NCBI GenBank assembly: GCA_012521015.1 | Contig: JAAYNE010000036.1 | Location: 4,247 to 68,246 of the forward strand | Source: Clostridiaceae bacterium | GTDB taxonomy: Bacteria; Bacillota; Clostridia; Saccharofermentanales; DTU023 | Direction: 5' to 3' | Length of the DNA stretch: 64,000 nt | In this document: positions 9,668 through 19,382 of the stretch, piece after piece | How positions within the stretch are numbered: the first letter of the stretch is position 1 | Layout of the letters: the number at the start of each line of letters is the position of its first letter | Notes under the pieces: model-generated | Told to the model about the DNA's origin: nothing | The model's database searches: none | The model's input: only the letters and a program-made list of their open reading frames with translations | Made by a program: the position numbers and the translations under genes

Positions 9668-12600
9668 GTGCCTGATGAGACATATCGTGAACATAATGGT
9701 CTTATCTTTCTGTTAAATCACTTAAAGTATAAAAAACAATCAGGTGCCTCATTTGATCCAAGAGAAGATTATTTTGGCTTTTTTCCTAGTGAAAAAGATA
9801 AAAGTTATGAGTTAAAAGCACTGCCAACAGACTATAATGACTATGATGTTATTTATTTGGCGGATACCTATGGCGTTTATGAAAAGGATTTCCCATGGAT
9901 AGAAAAGGAAAGAGAAGGTTCTCGATCAGAAAAAATCTATGGCGGTTTAGAAGTAGAAGAGTGGCTCAATATTCATAATAGATTAGCAAAGAAAGATAAG
10001 AGCCTGTTCATCGCAGAATACAATAAATTTGCTTCTCCTACTAGAAAAGAAGTGAGGGAAAGTATAACCAATTATTTAGGTATCAATTGGTCAGGCTGGG
10101 TAGGGCGATATTTTGATGAATTAGATTTTAATAAAAATGAAGAGATTCCACAATGGATAGTAGATGGGTTTGGGGAATCATGGAATTATAAAGGACAAGG
10201 ATTTATTTTGGTAAATGACATAGATTTTCAAGTCATTGTTCTGGAAATGTCAAAACATGTTTTAGACAAAGGCATTAATATTTCCTTCACCCAAGAGGGT
10301 GAAGAATTCTTCGGACTTAAAAAAAGTCCTAATTACTCATATTGGTTTGACATTATAACTCCTAAACAAGACTCAACCGTGTTGGCTAACTATAATTTGA
10401 ATTTAACCCAAAGCGGGGAGGAACTTCTGGAAGAAAACGGGATTCCTGCCGAGTTCGCTGCGGTTGTAAAAAATGAACGAGGAGCTTGTACTTCCTATTA
10501 TTTTGCAGGTGATTACAATGATATAAGCCGACTACCAAGTATATATAAATTTAAAGGATTACAGAAACTATATAGTTTTTTGGAAAGGAATTCAGATCGT
10601 GCTTTTTATTGGTCAACATATTTTCCTATGATGGAGAAAATTCTGGAAAGTTTTAATAACAGCAGTTCTTTGGCAGAAAGCAAGGATCTGGGAGATGAGG
10701 AAACTATAATTCCGGAAGATAAAGAAAAAAATCTGTATAATGCCAGAGTAAAGGATGACAGTTTCCAAATCTTAAGAGATGGCAAGTGGGAGACAATTAT
10801 AATAAAAGGTGTAAATCTCGGTATGGGTAAACCCGGTGCCTTCCCGGGTGAAGCAGCAATAACTGAAGAAGAGTATTACCGTTGGTTTGAATATATTGGT
10901 GAAATGAATGCCAATGTTATCCGTGTATATACTTTGCATCCACCCGGTTTTTATAATGCTCTGCTTAGCTACAATGAAAATCATGATGAAAAATTATACG
11001 TAATTCACGGTGTTTGGATAAATGAAGAGGAGCTTGTAAATTCGCAAGATGCTTTTGAGGAAAATAACTTGGCTGAATTTCAGCAAGAGATGAAAATAAT
11101 CACAGATGTAATCCACGGAAATAAAATTATTGAAGCCAGACCGGGGCACGCATCAGGGATTTATGCGGCGGACATTTCCCGCTATGTCATAGCCTGGATT
11201 TTAGGTATCGAGTGGGATCCATATATGGTTGAAAACACAAATAAGCTTCACTCATCCATCGGGGATTACAATGGCAATTTTTTTGAGACGAAAGGTGCAA
11301 AACCCTTTGAATATTGGCTTGCGCAGCAGATGGATACTATCGCGCAATACGAGATGGAACAATATAACTATATAAGGCCCGTCAGTTTTACCAATTGGCC
11401 GACAACAGATATATTGGAACATCCTGCCAATTTTCAAGATAGTGAGGATTTGGTCGGTGTCAATCCTAATGTTATATACACTAAAGGAGAAATGGATGCG
11501 GTAGGACAGTTCGCTTCATATCATGTCTATCCGTATTATCCTGATTTCTTAAATGTTGAAGAACAATATCTAAACTATATTGATCACAGAGGGGAAAAGA
11601 ACAATTACGCCGGTTATTTAAATCATCTGAACAGTGTTCACAGACTTCCCATTTTGGTAGCTGAGTTTGGTATACCAGCTTCACGTGGTCTTGCTCACGA
11701 AAACCCCTTTGGTTGGAATCAGGGATTTACATCGGAAAAAGAACAAGGAGAGACTCTACGTCGCCTTTATGAGGACATCTTGGAAGAGAAAATGCTCGGT
11801 GGCCTGGTATTTGCCTGGCAGGATGAATGGTTTAAAAGAACTTGGAATACGGTCGATTATGACAATCCGGATAGAAGACCTTTTTGGTCCAATATTCAAA
11901 CAAACGAACAACGATTCGGACTCCTATGTTTCGATAGAAATAAAATAATGATTGATGGTGATACAGAAGAATGGGAAACGGAACCTTTGTATTGTAAAGA
12001 TCAGGGAGCAATGAGAGGTTTATATGTAGATTACGACGAAACTTATTTGTATATCAGATTGAATTATTCCGATATTGAAAAAGGCTATCCGCTTATTTTA
12101 CTTGATGTCTTGCCTGATCAGGGCAACTATTTTATGAAGGGAAATGACAGTATTGAATTTTCCAACGGAGTTGACTTCATCGTAACGCTAAATGATAAAG
12201 AACCCAGAATTATTATTGACCAGTACTATGACTTTTTCACCTATATGCAAGCTTACCATCTAGAATTAATAGAAAAACCTTCTCCAAATTTGTATAAGAA
12301 CAGCGGGGTTTTTTCAGAAATTCACTATGTGCTCAGCAGAGAATATACCTCTGAAGACGGTGAAATATTAATGCCGTTCACTACTTATGAAACAGGAATG
12401 CTAAGAGAGGGGAATGCCAATCCCGATTCGAAAGATTACGACTCTCTCGCCGATTTTTATATAAATGATGAAGAAATACTGGAATTAAGGATTCCCTGGT
12501 TATTAATCCAAGCAAGAGATCCAAGTCAGAAGGAGTTTATTGGAGATGTCTATAAGGATGGTCTTGAAGCAAGCAGATTTGTCGATGAAATCTATATAGG

Positions 12601-12784
12601 AGCTCTATACATCGATGATAAAGGTACTGTATTGGATTCATTTCCAAGTATAGAAAACAATGTTTTAAGCAGTTTGAGCGCATATTCTTGGGATAACTGG
12701 GAAAAACCTCAATATAAAGAGCGACTGAAAGAATCTTACTATATAATACGGGATTTATTTGATGACAATAGAAGAGACAAATGA
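9668..12784 (+). CDS. Large polysaccharide-processing protein with a glycoside-hydrolase-like TIM-barrel region; the true start is probably ATG 9553, displaced by a frameshift
   Basis: 1038-aa ORF from the first canonical start (GTG). The central region has (beta/alpha)8 hydrolase-like strings: NANVIRVYTLHPP, LVAEFGIPASRG, FAWQDEWFKRTWN. The frame is open back to 9557 and there encodes a TM anchor. I did not recognise a named family with confidence. Confidence 0.7.
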   Translation: MPDETYREHNGLIFLLNHLKYKKQSGASFDPREDYFGFFPSEKDKSYELKALPTDYNDYDVIYLADTYGVYEKDFPWIEKEREGSRSEKIYGGLEVEEWLNIHNRLAKKDKSLFIAEYNKFASPTRKEVRESITNYLGINWSGWVGRYFDELDFNKNEEIPQWIVDGFGESWNYKGQGFILVNDIDFQVIVLEMSKHVLDKGINISFTQEGEEFFGLKKSPNYSYWFDIITPKQDSTVLANYNLNLTQSGEELLEENGIPAEFAAVVKNERGACTSYYFAGDYNDISRLPSIYKFKGLQKLYSFLERNSDRAFYWSTYFPMMEKILESFNNSSSLAESKDLGDEETIIPEDKEKNLYNARVKDDSFQILRDGKWETIIIKGVNLGMGKPGAFPGEAAITEEEYYRWFEYIGEMNANVIRVYTLHPPGFYNALLSYNENHDEKLYVIHGVWINEEELVNSQDAFEENNLAEFQQEMKIITDVIHGNKIIEARPGHASGIYAADISRYVIAWILGIEWDPYMVENTNKLHSSIGDYNGNFFETKGAKPFEYWLAQQMDTIAQYEMEQYNYIRPVSFTNWPTTDILEHPANFQDSEDLVGVNPNVIYTKGEMDAVGQFASYHVYPYYPDFLNVEEQYLNYIDHRGEKNNYAGYLNHLNSVHRLPILVAEFGIPASRGLAHENPFGWNQGFTSEKEQGETLRRLYEDILEEKMLGGLVFAWQDEWFKRTWNTVDYDNPDRRPFWSNIQTNEQRFGLLCFDRNKIMIDGDTEEWETEPLYCKDQGAMRGLYVDYDETYLYIRLNYSDIEKGYPLILLDVLPDQGNYFMKGNDSIEFSNGVDFIVTLNDKEPRIIIDQYYDFFTYMQAYHLELIEKPSPNLYKNSGVFSEIHYVLSREYTSEDGEILMPFTTYETGMLREGNANPDSKDYDSLADFYINDEEILELRIPWLLIQARDPSQKEFIGDVYKDGLEASRFVDEIYIGALYIDDKGTVLDSFPSIENNVLSSLSAYSWDNWEKPQYKERLKESYYIIRDLFDDNRRDK

Positions 12785-13131
12785 GTTTTTCTAATACATC
12801 TTAATAATTTTTTTAATAGAGTGAAAATGAAATGTATTAATGTTGTAACTTCTGTTAAAAAGAGTGGCAAAAATTACTCTCTTACTGCCAATGCCACCAA
12901 TGGAATTTTTTAGATTATTTGCTAAACCTTCCAATAATTAATCTAATTAGTTTACTTTTATTTGATGTCATTTAGTTAAATTTAATTTATAATAAATTAG
13001 AATTTCTTGATCAAAGAATCATTTAGAAAACATTCAGCGGTACATATGTAAACTATGAAAAACAGCATAGCAATATGAAATAGTATATTACATAGGGTAC
13101 AGAGAACAGATTAGAAAAATAGGAGGCAATT

Positions 13132-13806
13132 ATGGAATATACGTTAAGACATGAGATACATGGAGGGAATTTGCCGGTAGCAATTTGCTATCCACAAGCG
13201 GGACAAACAATATATGCGGAGTCTGGAGCAATGGGTTGGATGTCACCTAATATGCAAATGGAAACTTCAGCTGGTGGTATAGGTAAAGCTTTTTCCAGAC
13301 TATTGACCAGTGAGAGTATGTTTTTGAATTATTATACTCCCCAAAATGGTCCGGGCTTATTAGCAATACCGACTAATTTTCCGGGTAGTATTATTTCAAT
13401 AGAAATGGATGGAACACGTGGCTTTATTCTGCAAAAATCCAGTTTTCTGGCGGCAACAATGGGCATAGAACATGAAATTTATTTTCAAAAAAAATTAGGA
13501 GCAGGTTTCTTCGGTGGTGAAGGGTTTATCTTGCAACGTTTTTCCGGTAGAGGAACTCTTTTAGTAGAAATAGATGGTTCTGCTTGGAGTCATTATCTGC
13601 AACCGGGTGAGGAAATGATCATTGATACAGGCTATATGGCAATGATGGATGATACCTGCAAAATGGATATAAGACAAGTGCCGGGCCTTAAAAACAAACT
13701 TTTAGGTGGTGAGGGGCTGTTTAATACAGTGATAACCGGACCGGGCAATGTTACAATTCAATCACATCCGCTTAGTAGAATAGCGGCAAGCTTAACATTC
13801 AAATAA
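13132..13806 (+). CDS. AIM24 / TIGR00266 (DUF124) family protein
   Basis: 224 aa, with AGGAGG 6 nt upstream. The sequence pattern is typical of the family (ESGAMGWMSPNMQMET..., GGEGFILQRFSGRGTLLVEIDGS). Confidence 0.8.
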   Translation: MEYTLRHEIHGGNLPVAICYPQAGQTIYAESGAMGWMSPNMQMETSAGGIGKAFSRLLTSESMFLNYYTPQNGPGLLAIPTNFPGSIISIEMDGTRGFILQKSSFLAATMGIEHEIYFQKKLGAGFFGGEGFILQRFSGRGTLLVEIDGSAWSHYLQPGEEMIIDTGYMAMMDDTCKMDIRQVPGLKNKLLGGEGLFNTVITGPGNVTIQSHPLSRIAASLTFK

Positions 13807-13889
13807 TTCAAATTATTTAGTTTGAATCATGAGCATTTAAGGATTCAATCATTCAGGTTAACAACCGATAATTAATATATCTTAGTAAG

Positions 13890-13948
13890 AAAGACAACGC
13901 AGTAACTTAGTTAGAAGACTCCCAAAAAAGTAGCGTTGTCTTTTTTGT
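13890..13948 (+). terminator. Possible intrinsic terminator after the AIM24-family gene
   Basis: The stem is AAAGACAACGC / GCGTTGTCTTT and is followed by a T-run. The loop is unusually long (about 32 nt). Confidence 0.45.
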
Positions 13949-13976
13949 CTGTAAATTTATCGTAGTTAAATACCTT

Positions 13977-14222
13977 GCACACTTTTTAAAGTCGTACCAA
14001 TAAAAACCCGGATAAGCTTAAAAAGTGTGCTCATCTAACCCAGAACTGATGGGTTTGGACGAAAATATACACACTTTTTAAAGTTGTACCAATAAAAACC
14101 CGAATAAGCTTAAAAAGTGTGCTCATCTAACCCAGAACTGATGGGTTTGGACGAAAATATACACACTTTTTAAAGTTGTACCAATAAAAACTCGGATAAG
14201 CTTAAAAAGTGTGCTCATCTAA
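13977..14222. repeat. Tandem 92-bp repeat array, about 2.7 copies (hairpin-repeat family, reverse orientation)
   Basis: Units start at 13977, 14069 and 14161. Each contains GCACACTTTTTAA..(about 26 nt)..TTAAAAAGTGTGC (13-nt perfect arms) plus a small hairpin AACCCA-N7-TGGGTT. The reverse complement matches the core of the arrays at 19383 and 58581. Confidence 0.9.
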
Positions 14223-14353
14223 AGAATTATTCCTGCTTACGAAAAATATCAGCTAATGCATATGTAATTTTGTTTTACTTTAGTTTAATAATATTTGGTT
14301 ATATTTTAATAAAATTAAAGTCAAATTTAATATAATTGAAATAAAAATGAATA

Positions 14354-14382
14354 TTGACTTTAATAAAATTAAACTATAGTAT
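14354..14382 (+). promoter_or_regulatory. Putative sigma-A-type promoter
   Basis: TTGACT (14354-14359), a 17-nt spacer, then TAGTAT (14377-14382). It lies 27 nt upstream of the ATG at 14409. Confidence 0.4.
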
Positions 14383-14408
14383 ATATATCAAGTCGAGTGG
14401 AGATTTTT

Positions 14409-14708
14409 ATGTATATCGACCAAATCCCGATCTGGCTGACTGAATTAAGTGAAGATGAATTAGAATTTATTAAATTATTCGTATTGGCTTCCGGTTCATT
14501 GAAAGAGTTAGCAAAACATTATGAGATTACCTATCCGACTATCAGACTCAAATTAGATCGGCTCATTCATAAAATTGAAATTTCTGACCAACATCAACCT
14601 AGCGGCATGATCGACTTGATCAAAGAGCTGACTTTGCAAAATAAATTAGATCTTGATACTGCGAAACAGTTAATTGAGATGTATGAAAAAGAGGAAAACA
14701 GCAAATGA
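14409..14708 (+). CDS. Small HTH protein, DUF2089-like
   Basis: I prefer the ATG at 14409 (GGAG lies 6-7 nt upstream) over the GTG at 14397. The string LSEDELEFIKLFVLASGSLKELAKHYEITYPTIRLKLDRLI resembles the DUF2089 HTH region. Confidence 0.55.
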   Translation: MYIDQIPIWLTELSEDELEFIKLFVLASGSLKELAKHYEITYPTIRLKLDRLIHKIEISDQHQPSGMIDLIKELTLQNKLDLDTAKQLIEMYEKEENSK

Positions 14709-14974
14709 TAACAATTTTATATCTGATCTTATTGGTTTCTTTTTTAGTTTTAGAAAAAATTGTTTCTGAGAAAGAACAATATCGAGGCATTTTGTTCGCA
14801 TTAGGAGTTGCGGTTTTAGGTATTCCATTCGGTACAAAATTTATTTGGTTAGCTTTTATTTTGATATGTGTCAATGTCGGAAGGTTTATTTATCAAGAGA
14901 TACAATTAATGAAGCTTACTTCATTAAAAGATCGCTTAGCGAATGTCTTGGAATTTCAAACCAGATTCCTATAA
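14705..14974 (+). CDS. Small hypothetical membrane protein
   Basis: ATGA overlap with the preceding gene. It has two to three hydrophobic segments and no recognisable family. Confidence 0.55.
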   Translation: MITILYLILLVSFLVLEKIVSEKEQYRGILFALGVAVLGIPFGTKFIWLAFILICVNVGRFIYQEIQLMKLTSLKDRLANVLEFQTRFL

Positions 14975-15103
14975 AACCCGGAATAATTGTTTGCTCGAGC
15001 TGAATTGTGGTAGAATATCAAAAAATATTTTGGTAAGTACTCTGCACGATTCTGTTAGCTAAAGATAAAAAATTCTTCAATAACTTAACAGAACGTTCTG
15101 TAC

Positions 15104-16699
15104 TTGGAGGAGGCTATTATTAAACCGGAATTACAAAATATTATCGCGATGTCCTTATATATGGCGATGGTCATCGGAATAGGTGTTTATTTCTTTAAGC
15201 GTTCTAATTCTTCATCAAAAGAATATTTTCTGGGAGGTCGTTCCATAGGACCTTACGTGACGGCAATGTCTGCTGAAGCCAGCGATATGTCAGGTTGGCT
15301 ATTGATGGGTTTACCCGGAGTAGCTTATTGGACGGGTCTTAGTTCTGCCTTTTGGACAGCATTCGGACTTGCTGTAGGAACTTATATCAATTGGAAAATA
15401 GTTGCCAAACCGCTTCGCGTTTATTCTCATGTAGCGAACGATTCAATTACTATACCGGATTTCTTTTCCAATCGATTCAAAGAAAAAGGCAAAAGAAAAC
15501 CAATTTTATTTTTTTCCGCTGTCTTTATTTTGGTGTTCTTTGTAGTATATGCTGCTTCTTGCTATGTGACTGTAGGGAAACTATTTTCCTCTTTGTTCGG
15601 AATGAGTTATATTTCAATGATGATTTTAGGAGCAATTTTCGTATTGGCTTACACCTTCATCGGAGGCTTTTTGGCTGAATCTGTTTCTGACTTTATGCAA
15701 GCTCTGGTAATGGTTTTTTCTTTAGTTGTGGTTCTAATAATCGGTATAAGTTATGCTGGCGGAATAAAAGAAATTATTAATAATCTAAAGCAATTTCCTG
15801 GTTTTCTGGAATTTTTTACATCTGCTAAGCCCAGTTTAAACGAAATGGGACAACAGATTCAAACGAGTGGTATTCCTCAGTTTGCTGAAGCAACTAAAGT
15901 AAGTTGGTTGGAAATTTCTACAAGTCTGGCTTGGGGATTGGGATATTTCGGAGTACCTCAAGTGTTAATTAAATTTATGGCAATAAGAGATGCAAAAGAA
16001 ATTAAAATTGCGAGAAGAGTTGCATCTATATGGGTTGTTATTTCATTAGCAGCTGCTGTATTCATAGGTTTAAACGGACGTGTTTTATTTCCCGCGGAAT
16101 TATTAACTCAGTCAGCTTCTGAAAAGATTTTTATTATCTCCGCCCAAAATATGATGCAGCCGTTTATCGCAGGAATTGTCATGGCTGGTATTTTAGCCGC
16201 AACAATTTCTTCTGCCGATTCCTATCTTTTAATCGGTGCATCTTCTGTAGCCAAAAATTTATACCAAGGCTTGTTTAAACAAGATGCTAAAGACAAAGAT
16301 GTGCTGAAAATAACGAGAATCACGTTGCTATTAATCACAACGATAGGTATATTGATCGCACTTGATGAAAATTCAGTTATATTCAAAATAGTTTCTTTTG
16401 CTTGGGCCGGCTTTGGAGCAACTTTTGGTCCATTAGTTCTTTTTTCTTTATTCTCGAGCAAAATTACGCAAAAGGGTGGTGTAGCAGGAATGATTGTTGG
16501 TGCTATGACAGTATTTGTTTGGGATCTCTTCTTGGTTAAATTTGGTGGCGTATTTGAGTTATTCTCATTGTTACCGGGTTTTCTGCTTTCCTCGATTGCG
16601 ATCTGGGTCGTTTCCTCAATCACATCTGTGGATAAAGAGATTAGTGAACAACATCAAGAGTATAAAAAGGAACTGGAGCAAATCACTCGAAAAGTATAG
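15104..16699 (+). CDS. putP: Sodium:proline symporter (SSF family)
   Basis: 531-aa polytopic protein with FLGGRSIGP near the N-terminus and overall PutP-like organisation. The start is uncertain: TTG at 15104 lies inside a GGAGGAGG string, and ATG at 15149 is an alternative. Confidence 0.85.
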   Translation: MEEAIIKPELQNIIAMSLYMAMVIGIGVYFFKRSNSSSKEYFLGGRSIGPYVTAMSAEASDMSGWLLMGLPGVAYWTGLSSAFWTAFGLAVGTYINWKIVAKPLRVYSHVANDSITIPDFFSNRFKEKGKRKPILFFSAVFILVFFVVYAASCYVTVGKLFSSLFGMSYISMMILGAIFVLAYTFIGGFLAESVSDFMQALVMVFSLVVVLIIGISYAGGIKEIINNLKQFPGFLEFFTSAKPSLNEMGQQIQTSGIPQFAEATKVSWLEISTSLAWGLGYFGVPQVLIKFMAIRDAKEIKIARRVASIWVVISLAAAVFIGLNGRVLFPAELLTQSASEKIFIISAQNMMQPFIAGIVMAGILAATISSADSYLLIGASSVAKNLYQGLFKQDAKDKDVLKITRITLLLITTIGILIALDENSVIFKIVSFAWAGFGATFGPLVLFSLFSSKITQKGGVAGMIVGAMTVFVWDLFLVKFGGVFELFSLLPGFLLSSIAIWVVSSITSVDKEISEQHQEYKKELEQITRKV

Positions 16700-16824
16700 A
16701 AATGGAGCTGCAAAAACCATTTAAAATCAATATTAATATGTTTGTCTTTATATCTTGTTGAATGTTAAAGATACCACGTAAAGAAATATTTCAAGTTAAG
16801 CCATAAAATTTAATTCATAATAAT

Positions 16825-16871
16825 AATAGCTGTCGGAAAACTTTATATTTAGACCGACAGCTATTGTTTTT
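16825..16871 (+). terminator. Intrinsic terminator after putP
   Basis: The stem is AATAGCTGTCGG / CCGACAGCTATT with a 17-nt loop, followed by GTTTTT. Confidence 0.7.
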
Positions 16872-16995
16872 GCTTGAAAGCAATCTTATTTATTAAATTA
16901 ATAAAACCAGATAATTGCCAAATTTATTTAAATTGTAAATTTTTGCAAGGAATTACCACATGAAATTATTTATGCAGAAAGACCAATAATGAACA

Positions 16996-18945
16996 TCAAT
17001 CTTTAGCAAAAGTGTCTACTTCATGTTGCAGCCGTTCGATTAACTCTGATTCACTCATTATGCCGAGGTCACCGGCTTTACGTTGGCGCACAGAATAGTT
17101 TTGATTTTCGATTTCCTGATCCCCCATGACTAACATATAGGGAATTTTTTCCAGTTGAGCATCACGGATTTTACGTCCGACTTTTTCATTTCTGCTATCG
17201 ACTTTTACACGGAAACCTGCAGCAGTTAAACGACTTGCAGCATCTTTAGCACCTTGGAAGTGTTTTTCAGCAATCGGCAAGATGACTATTTGTTCCGGTG
17301 CAACCCATAAGGGGAGAGCACCGGCATATTTTTCGATTAGTAAAGCAAGTGTTCTTTCATAACAACCGATTGAAGTTCTGTGAATGATGTGCGGGTGTTT
17401 TTTCTCACCGTTACTATCGATATAAACCATATCAAAACGTTCTGCCAGCTGAAAATCGATTTGGATTGTAATCAGTGTATCTTCTTTACCGAAGACATTT
17501 CTGATTTGAATATCTAATTTCGGACCATAAAAAGCGGCTTCACCGATGCCGGTTTCATACTCAATTCCGGTGGAATCCAGGATGGCTTGCATTGAGTCTT
17601 GAGCATTTTGCCATTCTTGCGGATCACCGATATATTTGTCTTTATTGTCCGGATCCCAGATTGAAAAACGATAGCTGACATCTTGATCTAAACCCAATGC
17701 TTTGAGCATGAAATTAGCTAAATCGAATGCCCCGAGGAACTCTTCTTTTAATTGCTCCGGAGTCACCATCAGATGTGCTTCGGAAATTGTGAATTGTCTC
17801 AGGCGGATTAAACCGTGCATTTCACCGGAGGATTCATTGCGGAAAAGCGTTGAAGTTTCATTCAAACGGATAGGCAAATCACGATAACTTCTGGTTTCAG
17901 CCTTATAAATCTGATATTGGAAAGGACAGGTCATCGGGCGCAAAGCATATGCTGTTTCGCCGTCTTTTTCTTCCGGATCCCCCATGATAAACATACCGTC
18001 ACGGTAATGATCCCAATGACCGGAAATCTTGAACAAATCGGATTTGGCAATCAGCGGTGTTTTGGTAATCTGATAACCGCGTTTTTGCTCTTCATCTTCA
18101 ACAAAACGTTCTAAAATTTGCAGAGTTTTTGCACCTTTGGGCATAAATAGGGGCAAGCCCTGACCGATAAAATCAATGGTTGTAAAGTAGCCAAGTTCAC
18201 GGCCTAATTTATTATGGTCACGTTTTCTGGCCTCTTCCATTTGAACCAAATATTCTTTTAATTGTTTTTTATCCGGAAAACTGATTCCGTAAATACGTTG
18301 CAGCATTTTGTTCTTTTCATCGCCCCGCCAATATGCACCTGAAACTTGCAGCAACTTGAAAGCTTTAACCATACCGGTATTCATTAAGTGCGGACCGGCA
18401 CATAAATCAACAAAATCGCCCTGCTTATAAAATGAAATTGTTTCATCAGGCGGCAAATCTTCAATTAATTCGACTTTATAGTCTTCATTAATATCTTTTG
18501 CCCATTGCAAAGCATCGTCACGCGACAGAGTATAGAATTCAAGCGGCAGATTTTCCTTTACGATATTCTGCATTTCTTTTTCGATTTTTTCTAAATCGTC
18601 ATTCGTGAAATTTTGTTCCAGATCAATATCATAATAAAAACCGTTATCAATTGCCGGACCGATTGCCAACATCGCATCAGGATATAAACGCTTGATCGCT
18701 TGCGCCATGATATGTGAAGTTGTATGCCAAAAAGCCTTTTTCCCTGCTTTTTGCTCAAATTTCAATAATTCCAATGTGTCACCGTCATTGAGTTTGGTTC
18801 TGAGATCAACATCAACTCCATTCACTTTTGCCAGACAGACATTTCTTGCAAGATTTTCACTGATAGCCGTCGCCGCATCGAATGCAGAAGAATTCTTTTC
18901 CAATTGTAACGGCGAACCGTCTTTTAATTTAATTTCTATACTCAT
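16996..18945 (-). CDS. thrS: Threonine--tRNA ligase
   Basis: 649 aa with an N-terminal TGS-like domain and the editing motif HTTSHIMAQA. Class II core strings are present (FRNESSGEMHGLIRLRQFTISEAH). A Thr T-box leader lies upstream. Confidence 0.97.
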   Translation of the reverse strand: MSIEIKLKDGSPLQLEKNSSAFDAATAISENLARNVCLAKVNGVDVDLRTKLNDGDTLELLKFEQKAGKKAFWHTTSHIMAQAIKRLYPDAMLAIGPAIDNGFYYDIDLEQNFTNDDLEKIEKEMQNIVKENLPLEFYTLSRDDALQWAKDINEDYKVELIEDLPPDETISFYKQGDFVDLCAGPHLMNTGMVKAFKLLQVSGAYWRGDEKNKMLQRIYGISFPDKKQLKEYLVQMEEARKRDHNKLGRELGYFTTIDFIGQGLPLFMPKGAKTLQILERFVEDEEQKRGYQITKTPLIAKSDLFKISGHWDHYRDGMFIMGDPEEKDGETAYALRPMTCPFQYQIYKAETRSYRDLPIRLNETSTLFRNESSGEMHGLIRLRQFTISEAHLMVTPEQLKEEFLGAFDLANFMLKALGLDQDVSYRFSIWDPDNKDKYIGDPQEWQNAQDSMQAILDSTGIEYETGIGEAAFYGPKLDIQIRNVFGKEDTLITIQIDFQLAERFDMVYIDSNGEKKHPHIIHRTSIGCYERTLALLIEKYAGALPLWVAPEQIVILPIAEKHFQGAKDAASRLTAAGFRVKVDSRNEKVGRKIRDAQLEKIPYMLVMGDQEIENQNYSVRQRKAGDLGIMSESELIERLQHEVDTFAKD

Positions 18946-19057
18946 TTCTTTCTCCTATTACCTAACATTTATTATATAAAAAGTTTATCCTAAAAATTTT
19001 TATCTTATAATTTTGTCCTAAACGAATTATTCTCAAATTACTCCAAAAATATATTGC

Positions 19058-19290
19058 CTTAAAACAAAAAACACCATTGAGCCTTGCCCAAGGGTGCATA
19101 ACACGTTTCCACCTTGTATTTAACTTAATTCTATCCTTGACGCAGATTCACGGTACTACTTAGTCTTAGTAAAAAGAGTTCGTAGACGGCTCCGGAGTGG
19201 TTTTCATTGAGTATCAGATAAAAAGATTTGCAACCACGATCTTTTCTCTCTTAAACTGAAATTCTCAACTACTCGTTCCTTCAATGCCTT
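19058..19290 (-). promoter_or_regulatory. T-box leader (Thr specifier ACC) controlling thrS
   Basis: Read on the minus strand. The stem I base is TTGAAGGAACGAGTA, followed by an AGAGAG element. The specifier loop is GAAAACCAC, with ACC at 19199-19201. The T-box sequence is AAGGTGGAAACGTG. The terminator hairpin CACCCTTG-N9-CAATGGTG is followed by TTTTTTGTTTT. Confidence 0.75.
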
Positions 19291-19318
19291 TATGTAATTG
19301 ATTTTCTGATTAAATTAT

Positions 19319-19347
19319 ATCTTACAACTGCATAAAATTATCGTCAA
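19319..19347 (-). promoter_or_regulatory. Putative thrS promoter
   Basis: On the minus strand: TTGACG (19342-19347), a 17-nt spacer, then TAAGAT (19319-19324). It lies just upstream of the T-box leader. Confidence 0.55.
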
Positions 19348-19382
19348 GTAAAAACATGTTGCAATTGCTGAATTCTGAAAAA

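Noticed and set aside
15352-16623. ORFs 15352-15678 (+) and 16222-16623 (-) inside putP
   Set aside because: These are out-of-frame or antisense shadows of a confidently identified transporter gene.
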